A stretch of 64,000 bases of DNA from Pseudomonadota bacterium (GTDB lineage Bacteria > Bdellovibrionota > UBA1018): assembly GCA_027485695.1 (NCBI GenBank), contig JAIXQO010000004.1:194408-258407 (forward strand). Reading direction: 5' to 3'. The position numbers and the translations under genes are program-made. Positions 28,504 to 36,693 of this stretch are shown piece by piece. The notes under the pieces were generated by a model. That model did not search any database, had not been told where the DNA came from, and saw nothing but the letters and a program-made list of their open reading frames with translations. The stretch's first letter is position 1. Every line of letters begins with the position of its first letter.

Positions 28504-30225
28504 TTACTCCATTGTCATCGAAATTGCTTCTTGAAGGCTTGTATGTCCCTCGATCACTTTCGTAATCGCGGATTGCCGGAGCGACTTCATACCATTGGCG
28601 ACTGCAGCCCTGCGAATTTCGATGATCGTTTGACCTCGAAGCACCATTTCTTTTAACTCTTGCGTAAAATCAAATACCTCGTAAATCGCGAGACGGCCCT
28701 TGTAACCGGTGTTCGCACATGCTGGACAACCCTTGCCCACAAACATTTTAACTGCTCCCAGCTGTTCTGGTGGCACGCCGAGTTCCTTTAGTTTCTCTAG
28801 TGGGGCTGGCTGTTCTATCCGGCAACGTCCGCAGATTTTGCGAAGCAATCGCTGAGCTACGATGGTGTTAACCGAAGAGGTCACCAGAAATGGCTCGACT
28901 CCCATATTCATCAAACGCGTAATTGAGCTTGGAGCATCGTTCGTGTGCAATGTGGACAAAACCAAGTGACCCGTGAGCGCGGCCTGAATCGAAACTTCGG
29001 CGGTTTCATAGTCACGAATCTCACCCACCAGAATGATATCCGGGTCTTGGCGAAGAAGGGATCTGAGAACGGACGCGAAGTTCATTCCAACGTCTTTGTT
29101 GATCTGAGTCTGATTGATCCCTTCCAAGTTATATTCGACCGGGTCTTCGGCGGTTGAAATGTTGTCCGCAGTCTTATTGAGATCCGCGAGCGCGGAATAC
29201 AGCGTAGTGGTCTTACCGCTACCGGTCGGTCCAGTGACGAGCACCATTCCGTTTGGAGAATAAATTCCTTTTTTAAAGACCTCGAGCTGCTGAGTCTCGA
29301 ACCCAAGTTTGGTGAGGTCGAGATTTAGGCTGCCCTGACTCAAAATACGCATCACAACTTTTTCACCGAATAGAGTCGGGAGCGAGTTCACCCGGAAGTC
29401 GACGGTCTGTCCGCCGACCTTGATTTTGATACGGCCGTCTTGTGGAATTCGGCTTTCGGAGATATCCATCCGGGACATGATTTTGAGACGTGCGACGACA
29501 GTACGTTTCAGTTCCGGTGGAACTTCGGCGATCTCGTGCAATGCACCGTCTACCCGCATGCGAACGCGGAATCGGCGTTCATAGGGCTCTACGTGAATAT
29601 CGGAAGCACCCCGACGAACCGCTTCACCCAAAATACCGTTTACGAAGTTAACGACTGCCTCGCCCGTCGTATCTCCAGCTCCCCCGCTGTCGAGGGAGAC
29701 GTCGACGTCATGGACATCGAAACTACTGAGTCCGATCGATTTATTCGCTTCGTTCTTGAGTTCGTCCCGCTGAAGTACGTTCAGGGAACTCGCGATCACG
29801 GCGGACGCACTGAAATATTTGCTCAGCGCTTCTTCAAACGCACTAAAAGTTGTAACGACTGCTTCGATGTTTTTCTTCGTGACGAACTTGACCTTGTCGG
29901 CCATCGCCAGTCTAGTCGGATCGCAAACGGCAACGACGATCACATCATTTTTAGACTGAATAGGAATCAACTGGAGATCGCGCACTATGTCCGTAGGAAT
30001 GAGCGAGATGACTTTTTGATCGAGCGTGAATTTTGAGAGGTTGATGCTCGCCAGATTGAATCGCCGACTGAGGTATTCGACGAGCTTCGCCTCGCTCATT
30101 TTTTTTGTTTGAACGAGCACCTTGACCGGACTACCGTTCGGACCTGCGTCCGCCACCGCTTGGTCGAACTGGCCTTGTGAAATTTTGTTGTCCCGAAGGA
30201 GTATTTCTGCGAGCTGCCTAGACAT
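28504..30225 (-). CDS. pilB: Pilus extension ATPase
   Basis: ASDIHVEP, PQDGR, GPTGSGKTTTLY, LRQDPD, CxxC...CxxC, GYKGR. Confidence 0.98.
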   Translation of the reverse strand: MSRQLAEILLRDNKISQGQFDQAVADAGPNGSPVKVLVQTKKMSEAKLVEYLSRRFNLASINLSKFTLDQKVISLIPTDIVRDLQLIPIQSKNDVIVVAVCDPTRLAMADKVKFVTKKNIEAVVTTFSAFEEALSKYFSASAVIASSLNVLQRDELKNEANKSIGLSSFDVHDVDVSLDSGGAGDTTGEAVVNFVNGILGEAVRRGASDIHVEPYERRFRVRMRVDGALHEIAEVPPELKRTVVARLKIMSRMDISESRIPQDGRIKIKVGGQTVDFRVNSLPTLFGEKVVMRILSQGSLNLDLTKLGFETQQLEVFKKGIYSPNGMVLVTGPTGSGKTTTLYSALADLNKTADNISTAEDPVEYNLEGINQTQINKDVGMNFASVLRSLLRQDPDIILVGEIRDYETAEVSIQAALTGHLVLSTLHTNDAPSSITRLMNMGVEPFLVTSSVNTIVAQRLLRKICGRCRIEQPAPLEKLKELGVPPEQLGAVKMFVGKGCPACANTGYKGRLAIYEVFDFTQELKEMVLRGQTIIEIRRAAVANGMKSLRQSAITKVIEGHTSLQEAISMTME

Positions 30226-30300
30226 AAATAGAGTTTCATTTTCTCACAGTGACAATTTATGTCTATGGTTACTGGTATTATTTTTAAATATTAATTATGA

Positions 30301-30354
30301 ATCAAAATTTTGACTGATCTTTAAGTACCGCAAAGAGGGAGTTCAATTTTTGAC
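30301..30354. promoter_or_regulatory. Two candidate enhancer-binding-protein boxes upstream of pilB
   Basis: ATCAAAATTTTGAC (30301-30314) and GTTCAATTTTTGAC (30341-30354), near-palindromic GTCA-N6-TGAC-like. Confidence 0.4.
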
Positions 30355-30402
30355 AACGGGATTATTAACGGTACCGGCCCATCAAGACGAATAATCCAAG
30401 AG

Positions 30403-31386
30403 ATGATCAGGGCTAATAGTCGCATCATTTTGATATTGATAGCCGCCTTACCGTGCTCGGTAAGTGCTGAATCGCCTTGCGATCACATTCCATCTACGCT
30501 GAGCGTGCTAGGCAAACTCTCGTTGGAGGATGCGCGTCCCGTCCAGCTCGGCATGATTAAGATGTATCCGGACCCAACCCAACGCACAGATTACACGTCA
30601 AGAATGAGCCGTTACGTAGCTACAGGCTACGAGAACCTCATGAGAAAACGCTCCTAGTCCAAACTGATTGAGCACGTGGCGGCCGGTGGAAATCAGGTTG
30701 CGAAAGCACTGAGTGGAACGGCAGCACATGGATACGGCAAGTACCGATTCGATATTGAATCCGTCTCTCCGACACTTCGTGACGTATACGAGGCCACTAT
30801 CGAAGACAATGAATTTGGAACAACTATTTTTAAGCGATCCAAGCGATATGCAGAGGAATATTCCGCTCTCTTGGAATCCGCAAAAAAATTTGGAAAACGA
30901 GGAATTGAGCCAGGAAGCTGGGTGCTTCAACAGAAGATCAAACTCAGAGATTTACCTGGCCAACCGGAGTTCTTCGGAACCAAGATCATCGTCTACGAGA
31001 GAGGCCCAGAGGATGGAAACCTGCTGCTCGCTCGACTGATTCACGCCGACCCACAAGAACGAATCGCAGCCGGATACAGCAAGGACGAAGATTGGCGTAA
31101 GCTGGTTAGGCTACAACAGGATATCAACCTGCGCAAAGCAATGAAACTACCTCGCTCCCGATCCGATGAAGCGCTTGATCTCATCTCAGAGAATTTCTAC
31201 CTGGAGCTCACTTCGGTTTTTTGGGCACGGGGTTCGCTTGGAGCTTCAGTAGCAGCATTCCAAGCCTCTCTTTGGGCAATTGGAATGGACTTCACGATCT
31301 TCAAAGTGCTTCCGGATTTCGTTGCGTTCAGAGTATCACTTCAGGACTTTCAAAAAAGCATTCGAGATGCGGAACTTTTTGAATAG
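30403..31386 (+). pseudogene. Secreted AvrB/Fido-like protein interrupted by one in-frame TAG (30655-30657)
   Basis: ORFs 30403-30657 and 30676-31386 share a frame and are joined by sense codons after the TAG. N-terminal signal peptide. C-terminus RGSLGAS...AIGMD...VLPDFVAF...LQDFQKSI resembles the AvrB family. Confidence 0.55.
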
Positions 31387-31391
31387 CGCAT

Positions 31392-32342
31392 TTAAATCAC
31401 ATTAAAATACGCACGCGCGCGCTCACGATCATGGGCGATCTGAGTCTTGAGCTCATCGAAGCTGGCGAACTTCTTCTCTTCGCGGAATCGCTCGACGAAC
31501 TGAACTTCGATCTCTTCACCATAGAGATCAATCGTCGAATCGTTCGGAAGAATGAGGTGGGTCTCGACGAGCTTTCCTTCGTCTGATTGGAACGTTGGTC
31601 GAATACCAATATTGGTGACGCTCGGATACTTGCCGGCGAGTGAGCCCCGGGTCACCAACGTCCAAGTGGCATAGACACCGTTTGGGAGTTCGAGTTTTTC
31701 GTCGATTCGAATATTTGCGGTTGGGAATCCAAGCAAACGGCCACGCTGATCACCTTTGCGAACGACGCCTCGATAAAAGAAAAAACGTCCAAGTAACTTC
31801 TCAGCTTCATGAACACCGGCGGATTGAAGGAGCGCGCGGATATTGGAGCTGGAAACCAGTTGATCGCCCACTTTCATGGCTGCGATTTGATGGAGCGCCA
31901 CGCCGAATTCCTGACAGAGTTTCTCGAGGACCTCGAGTGTTCCTTCACGGTTTTTACCGAATGCAAAGTCATGCCCTACGACCAGGTGGCGCGCCTTGAA
32001 TCCTTGAACCACCACATTCAAGAAGAAATCCCTCGCTGACTGGGAGAAGAAGTCTTGGCTAAAGAGCTCCTCCACCGTGATATCGATCCCCGCTTGCTCG
32101 AGCATCTCGAGCTTTTCGTCATATCGATTGAGCAGTTTCACTTTCTGACCCGGGCGAAGCACTTCTTGCGGGTGAGGACGAAAAGTGAAGACGCAAGCAG
32201 GGCCGCTGATGAGCTTGGCCAGTTCAACCGTCTTACTCAGAAGCTGCCGATGCCCGAGATGCACGCCATCGAAGTTACCGATCGTGAGAACCGATTGATC
32301 TCGCTCTAAAACCAGCGATGGAAGCCCATAAAAACGTTTCAT
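31392..32342 (-). CDS. ribF: Riboflavin kinase / FAD synthetase
   Basis: IGNFDGVHLGH, VGHDFAFG, SSSNIR, GFPTAN, GVYA, NIGIRPT. Confidence 0.98.
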   Translation of the reverse strand: MKRFYGLPSLVLERDQSVLTIGNFDGVHLGHRQLLSKTVELAKLISGPACVFTFRPHPQEVLRPGQKVKLLNRYDEKLEMLEQAGIDITVEELFSQDFFSQSARDFFLNVVVQGFKARHLVVGHDFAFGKNREGTLEVLEKLCQEFGVALHQIAAMKVGDQLVSSSNIRALLQSAGVHEAEKLLGRFFFYRGVVRKGDQRGRLLGFPTANIRIDEKLELPNGVYATWTLVTRGSLAGKYPSVTNIGIRPTFQSDEGKLVETHLILPNDSTIDLYGEEIEVQFVERFREEKKFASFDELKTQIAHDRERARAYFNVI

Positions 32343-32356
32343 CTCTCTCCGCTCCT

Positions 32357-32396
32357 AAAAAAAACAAGGCCTCGGGGTCGATTCGATCCCGAGGCC
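32357..32396 (-). terminator. Rho-independent terminator after glutamine synthetase
   Basis: GGCCTCGGG...CCCGAGGCC inverted repeat with a T-run on the minus strand. Confidence 0.88.
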
Positions 32397-32415
32397 CTGC
32401 CAAAACATTCGAAAA

Positions 32416-34644
32416 TTAAGACGAGAACAACATCTCGCGGTATTTCGGAAGCGGCCAGTAATCGTCGCCGATCAAGCTCTCAAGCTCGTCGCTGATCTGG
32501 CGAATTTCTGCCATCGAGGCTGAAACTTCGACCGCGAGCAGTTTCGCTTTTTCTTCTTCTGTGTGCGCGGATTCGGCCTTGGAATAAACCGTCTCGAGCT
32601 GAGCGCGTTTGGTTTGCAGCGCTGCAATCAAGTGCATGAGCTTGTTCAAGACATCGACTTGAGGAGCACTGACGCCCGCGGCTTTGACCGAAACGACGGT
32701 CTGAGCAAGATCACCCGAGTACGCGTAAGCGGCCGGGAGAACTTGGGTGTCGATCATCGATTTCAGCATATCGACCTCGATCATCAAGTTCTTGATGTAT
32801 CGTTCGACCCGGACATGGTAGCGCGAATTCACTTCGGCTTCGGAGAACACGCCGTACTTAGTGAAAAGCTCGATCGATTTTTTCTCGATCAACTGATGGA
32901 GCGCTTCTGGGGTCTTACGAAGGTTCGGAAGACCACGACGTTCAGCTTCGGCAACCCATTCTTCGGAGTAGCCATTGCCTTCGAAACGGATTTTCTTCGT
33001 TTCAATGACAGCGGCTTTGACGACTTCCATGATTGCTTCTTCGGTCTTCTTGCCGGCTTTCAGTTTTTCCTTCAGCGAAGCGATGATCTCGGACATACCG
33101 TCCGCGATCGCCGTGTTCAAGATCGTAACCGGGAACGCGGTCGAGGCGCTCGAACCGACGGCGCGGAACTCGAATTTATTGCCGGTGAACGCGAATGGAG
33201 ACGTACGATTGCGGTCCGTGTTGTCTTTCATCACTTCTGGAAGCTGGCTCACGCCGAGTTTGATGACGGCCTGTTCAGCGCCCTTTTCAGCGACAGCGCC
33301 CGCTTCGATCTCATTCAAGATCTTAGTGAGCATATCGCCCAGGAACGCGGAAACGATCGCAGGAGGCGCCTCGTTGGCACCGAGGCGGTGATCATTACCT
33401 GAGGAAGCGATCGCGGCGCGAACCAGACCCGAGTGCTTGTAGATACCTTTGAGCACGCTCATCAGCACCAACAAGAAACGAAGGTTCTGGTGAGGCGTTT
33501 TGCCTGGATCAAGCAGGTTCATTCCGTTCAGTTCGGAACCGCTTGCCGAAACCGAGAGAGACCAGTTGTTGTGCTTACCGCTTCCGTTGACTCCCGCGAA
33601 AGGTTTCTCGTGCAAGAGCACGGCGAAGTTATGCTTAAGCGCGACTTTGCGGAGAACTTCCATCGTCAGCTGATTGTGGTCAGTCGAGACGTTCGCTTCT
33701 TCAAAGATCGGCGCCGACTCGAACTGATTCGGGGCCACTTCGTTGTGACGAGTCTTGACCGGAACGCCTAGCTTGAAAAGCTCGAGTTCGACTTCGGACA
33801 TGTAGGCAAGAACGCGCGTTGGGATTGCACCGAAATAGTGGTCTTCGAGCTGTTGACCTTTCGGCGGTTGACCGCCGACGAGCGTGCGTCCCGTCATCAT
33901 TAAGTCTGGGCGAAGCGCCGCCAAAGAGCGATCGATCAGGAAGTATTCTTGTTCTGCGCCCAGGGTTGGAACCACGCGGTTCACGCCTTCTAGCCCAGTC
34001 ATCGCGAGGAGTTCGCATGCTTTTTTGGAGATGGCGTCCATGCTGCGAAGAAGCGCGGTTTTCTCATCCAGTGCATCGCCATGATAGCTGATGAATACGG
34101 AAGGAATACAGAGCGTCTTGCCATTCGTGGATTCCATGAGGAAAACCGGGCTCGAAGGATCCCAAGCGGTGTAACCGCGCGCTTCGAACGTGGTACGCAT
34201 ACCGCCCGACGGGAAGCTCGAGGCATCCGGCTCGGATTGAATGAGCTGTGAGCCGGAGAACTTTTCGATCGCTTGGCCCTCGTCATCGAAGGTCAAGAAC
34301 GCATCGTGCTTCTCGGCGGTGTTTCCGGTTTGTGGTTGGAACCAGTGGCAGAAGTGGGTTGCACCTTTGGTGAGTGCCCACTCCTTGATCGCATGAGCGA
34401 CCGTATTGGCGATCTCTCCATCCAGTTTTTGGCCTTGTTCCATGGTCTGGCGAATCTTGGTATAGACGTCACGTGGGAGACGGTCTTTCATTTGGCGAAG
34501 ACCGAACGTGTTCACTCCGAAATACTCGGAGACCGGAAGACGTTTGCCGTCTTCGTCGCGAGGTGGGTCGATTTTTCTTGGGTTACGGGATTGGATCTCT
34601 TTGATCGCTTGAAAACGGGCTTTCGCCCCTGTGCCTAGAGCCAT
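32416..34644 (-). CDS. Glutamine synthetase type III
   Basis: HWFQP..G.TAEKHDAF, EPDASSFPSGG, TRHNEVAP, GVNGSGKHNNWS, DRNRTSPFAFTGNKFEFR, WPLPKYREML. ATG 34644 follows an AGGAG RBS. Confidence 0.96.
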   Translation of the reverse strand: MALGTGAKARFQAIKEIQSRNPRKIDPPRDEDGKRLPVSEYFGVNTFGLRQMKDRLPRDVYTKIRQTMEQGQKLDGEIANTVAHAIKEWALTKGATHFCHWFQPQTGNTAEKHDAFLTFDDEGQAIEKFSGSQLIQSEPDASSFPSGGMRTTFEARGYTAWDPSSPVFLMESTNGKTLCIPSVFISYHGDALDEKTALLRSMDAISKKACELLAMTGLEGVNRVVPTLGAEQEYFLIDRSLAALRPDLMMTGRTLVGGQPPKGQQLEDHYFGAIPTRVLAYMSEVELELFKLGVPVKTRHNEVAPNQFESAPIFEEANVSTDHNQLTMEVLRKVALKHNFAVLLHEKPFAGVNGSGKHNNWSLSVSASGSELNGMNLLDPGKTPHQNLRFLLVLMSVLKGIYKHSGLVRAAIASSGNDHRLGANEAPPAIVSAFLGDMLTKILNEIEAGAVAEKGAEQAVIKLGVSQLPEVMKDNTDRNRTSPFAFTGNKFEFRAVGSSASTAFPVTILNTAIADGMSEIIASLKEKLKAGKKTEEAIMEVVKAAVIETKKIRFEGNGYSEEWVAEAERRGLPNLRKTPEALHQLIEKKSIELFTKYGVFSEAEVNSRYHVRVERYIKNLMIEVDMLKSMIDTQVLPAAYAYSGDLAQTVVSVKAAGVSAPQVDVLNKLMHLIAALQTKRAQLETVYSKAESAHTEEEKAKLLAVEVSASMAEIRQISDELESLIGDDYWPLPKYREMLFSS

Positions 34645-34773
34645 GGGAATTGCTTCTCCTTGTGTGTGGGATGACGACAATGCCACCCCAAACCTACGAT
34701 CGGCGCTCTGAGCTTCATCCAAAGTGAAGGAGCTGCCAGGATCTCAATTTTTTCGATCTGTTGGATCAGTCTT

Positions 34774-36693
34774 TTAAACTTTTGCCGTTTTCGGTGAGGA
34801 GTGAACCCCCTCTAGGGCCTCGATGCACTCGAACGTTTCTTGGGCGACTTCTTTTGCCCGAACCCGGTCGAAACTTGCAACTCCGCCGAACCGAACCTGC
34901 TCCCCGTACTCTAGCACAGTGACGATGCGATTCCAGAGTGTTTCCCCGACTTTACCAGCATTTCTAACGGTTTCCTGAAGTTCGGAACGCGTCAAAGCCC
35001 GGATATTTTGCCCCTGAGCTTCGGAGATCTGCTCCATCAAATGATCCTGAACTTGACCATAGAAATGAAGTGCCTCGTCGGGCGCGACCGTAGCCCAATC
35101 CAGCTTCCTGAACTCCTGACGAAGTCGTTCGGTTTCTCCTCGAAGCTGGCGTCCCCGGCTCGGTCCACGTCCCGGGTTTTTCCGGATCCAAATGACCCCG
35201 ATCACTGAGAGTGCGATCAAGAGCAGCGCGAGTAGTTGAATCACCAGCTCTTTGCCGCGAAATCTCAGTTTGAACTTAGGCAACTTCCAGGCGGCCGCCT
35301 GCCCGAGAACCGGATTGGAAGTAGCTTCTGGTACATCACCCGAAAGCGTTTTAGAGGTCTGATCACTGCGACGATCAGCCAGGCTGTCTGGCGAGGTCGA
35401 GTCGGCAACTCCCTCGACCGTAATCGGTATCGTGTCACTCTTGATGGTGACGTATTGTTTTTTGCGAGGGCTGTAGAACGTAAACGGAACCGCTGGGAGC
35501 GTGAAACTCCCCCCCGACCGTGGAACAATGAGCGACTCAAAGATTTTTTCACCCTGGGTACCGGCCTTGCCACCTCGGAGTTGGTCCTTGGACTCATAGA
35601 GCTGAAGTCCATCCGGAAGCTCGACCTTGGGCATCTTGAGATTAGCGAAATTGCCTTTGCCTTCGAGTTTCAGAGTCCAGTTCATCGACTCATTGACCTT
35701 GAGCGAGGTACGATCTGCGACGGCAACCCAATTAAATTCGCCGATTGCGCCATCAAATCCCGGAGGCGCTGGCGGAAGCGCCTGAACCTCGATCGTCACC
35801 GGGTCGGTCTTGAGCTGCGCGATTCGCGGAGCCAACTGATTGAAAAACTGGAAGAACAAATCCTCTTCGTCCCCGAATCCTCCGCCCCGCGCTTTCGGTT
35901 GCTCGACGTACTGGGCCTTGGTGTACATCGAATCAATGACGAGTTTGCCTTCTTTGAGAGCGGACGCGGAATAACGAGCAAGGAGCGCACGGTGATAAGC
36001 GACTCCGTCCAAGGTCACGATCTGAGCCGAGAGTCTACCGGTCAAAACCGGCATATCGAGCTCTTCTTTCAGAAATCCACTCATCGTTGGATACTTCTCC
36101 GCCACCACATTGAAGCTCGGATGCCGCGAGTAGAAATAATAGCTGACGGTGATCGGTTCACCTTTGACGACCGAAGTGTGATCCACTTCGGCGCGAACAA
36201 ATACCGCAGCTCCTTTGCCGACCTTACCGGAACCGCGAAGTCCATTCCCGGCCCCACCGTAGTTCGCAGGAGGAGGCGTTGCTTGTCCGCCCGTTGACAC
36301 TTGAATCGACAGCCCCGCTGCGTTCAAGATTTCGGCACCCACCTTGGTTTTGATCTGATCGATCGTGAGCTTGCCCTGTTTCTTAGGGCGAAGGACATAT
36401 GTGAAAGTCCGCTCGAACACGGCGCCGACCTTGCCGTTCTCGTAGTAGGACTGAATGTACGAGGATTGAAATTGATTGATCGTCTCGAAATCTGGTGCGG
36501 AAAACTGCGGCTCCTCCATCGGAACTTCGTTGTCGGCTTTGATTTTCACCTGGAGCGTAACGCTCTCATCATCGGCGATCTCCGTACGATCGACCTCTGC
36601 TGTCATATCGACAGCATGGGCGACGGTCGCACAGAAAACAGATGCGACAATTGCGGTCCGAAGAAAAAGACGATTCAGTTTCATCTCTACCAA
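34774..36693 (-). CDS. batD: BatD family protein
   Basis: Signal peptide, Ig-like repeats (AEVDRTEI, GAIGEF, EGKGN), C-terminal TM; last gene of the bat operon. Confidence 0.85.
   Translation of the reverse strand: MVEMKLNRLFLRTAIVASVFCATVAHAVDMTAEVDRTEIADDESVTLQVKIKADNEVPMEEPQFSAPDFETINQFQSSYIQSYYENGKVGAVFERTFTYVLRPKKQGKLTIDQIKTKVGAEILNAAGLSIQVSTGGQATPPPANYGGAGNGLRGSGKVGKGAAVFVRAEVDHTSVVKGEPITVSYYFYSRHPSFNVVAEKYPTMSGFLKEELDMPVLTGRLSAQIVTLDGVAYHRALLARYSASALKEGKLVIDSMYTKAQYVEQPKARGGGFGDEEDLFFQFFNQLAPRIAQLKTDPVTIEVQALPPAPPGFDGAIGEFNWVAVADRTSLKVNESMNWTLKLEGKGNFANLKMPKVELPDGLQLYESKDQLRGGKAGTQGEKIFESLIVPRSGGSFTLPAVPFTFYSPRKKQYVTIKSDTIPITVEGVADSTSPDSLADRRSDQTSKTLSGDVPEATSNPVLGQAAAWKLPKFKLRFRGKELVIQLLALLLIALSVIGVIWIRKNPGRGPSRGRQLRGETERLRQEFRKLDWATVAPDEALHFYGQVQDHLMEQISEAQGQNIRALTRSELQETVRNAGKVGETLWNRIVTVLEYGEQVRFGGVASFDRVRAKEVAQETFECIEALEGVHSSPKTAKV

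Noticed and set aside
30655..30657. Pyrrolysine or genome-wide TAG recoding
   Set aside because: TAG terminates conserved genes here (e.g. pilC), and there is no pyl machinery in the window.
34645..34773. Sigma54 promoter or glutamine riboswitch upstream of glutamine synthetase
   Set aside because: Two TGGCA sites lack a correctly spaced TTGC. Only a small hairpin precedes the RBS, which is not enough to call an RNA motif.
35236..36297. 353-aa + strand ORF, and similar long antisense ORFs (e.g. 32563-33402, 58084-58872, 2782-3426)
   Set aside because: They lie fully antisense to well-supported genes and have no recognisable motifs; these are shadow ORFs from codon bias.
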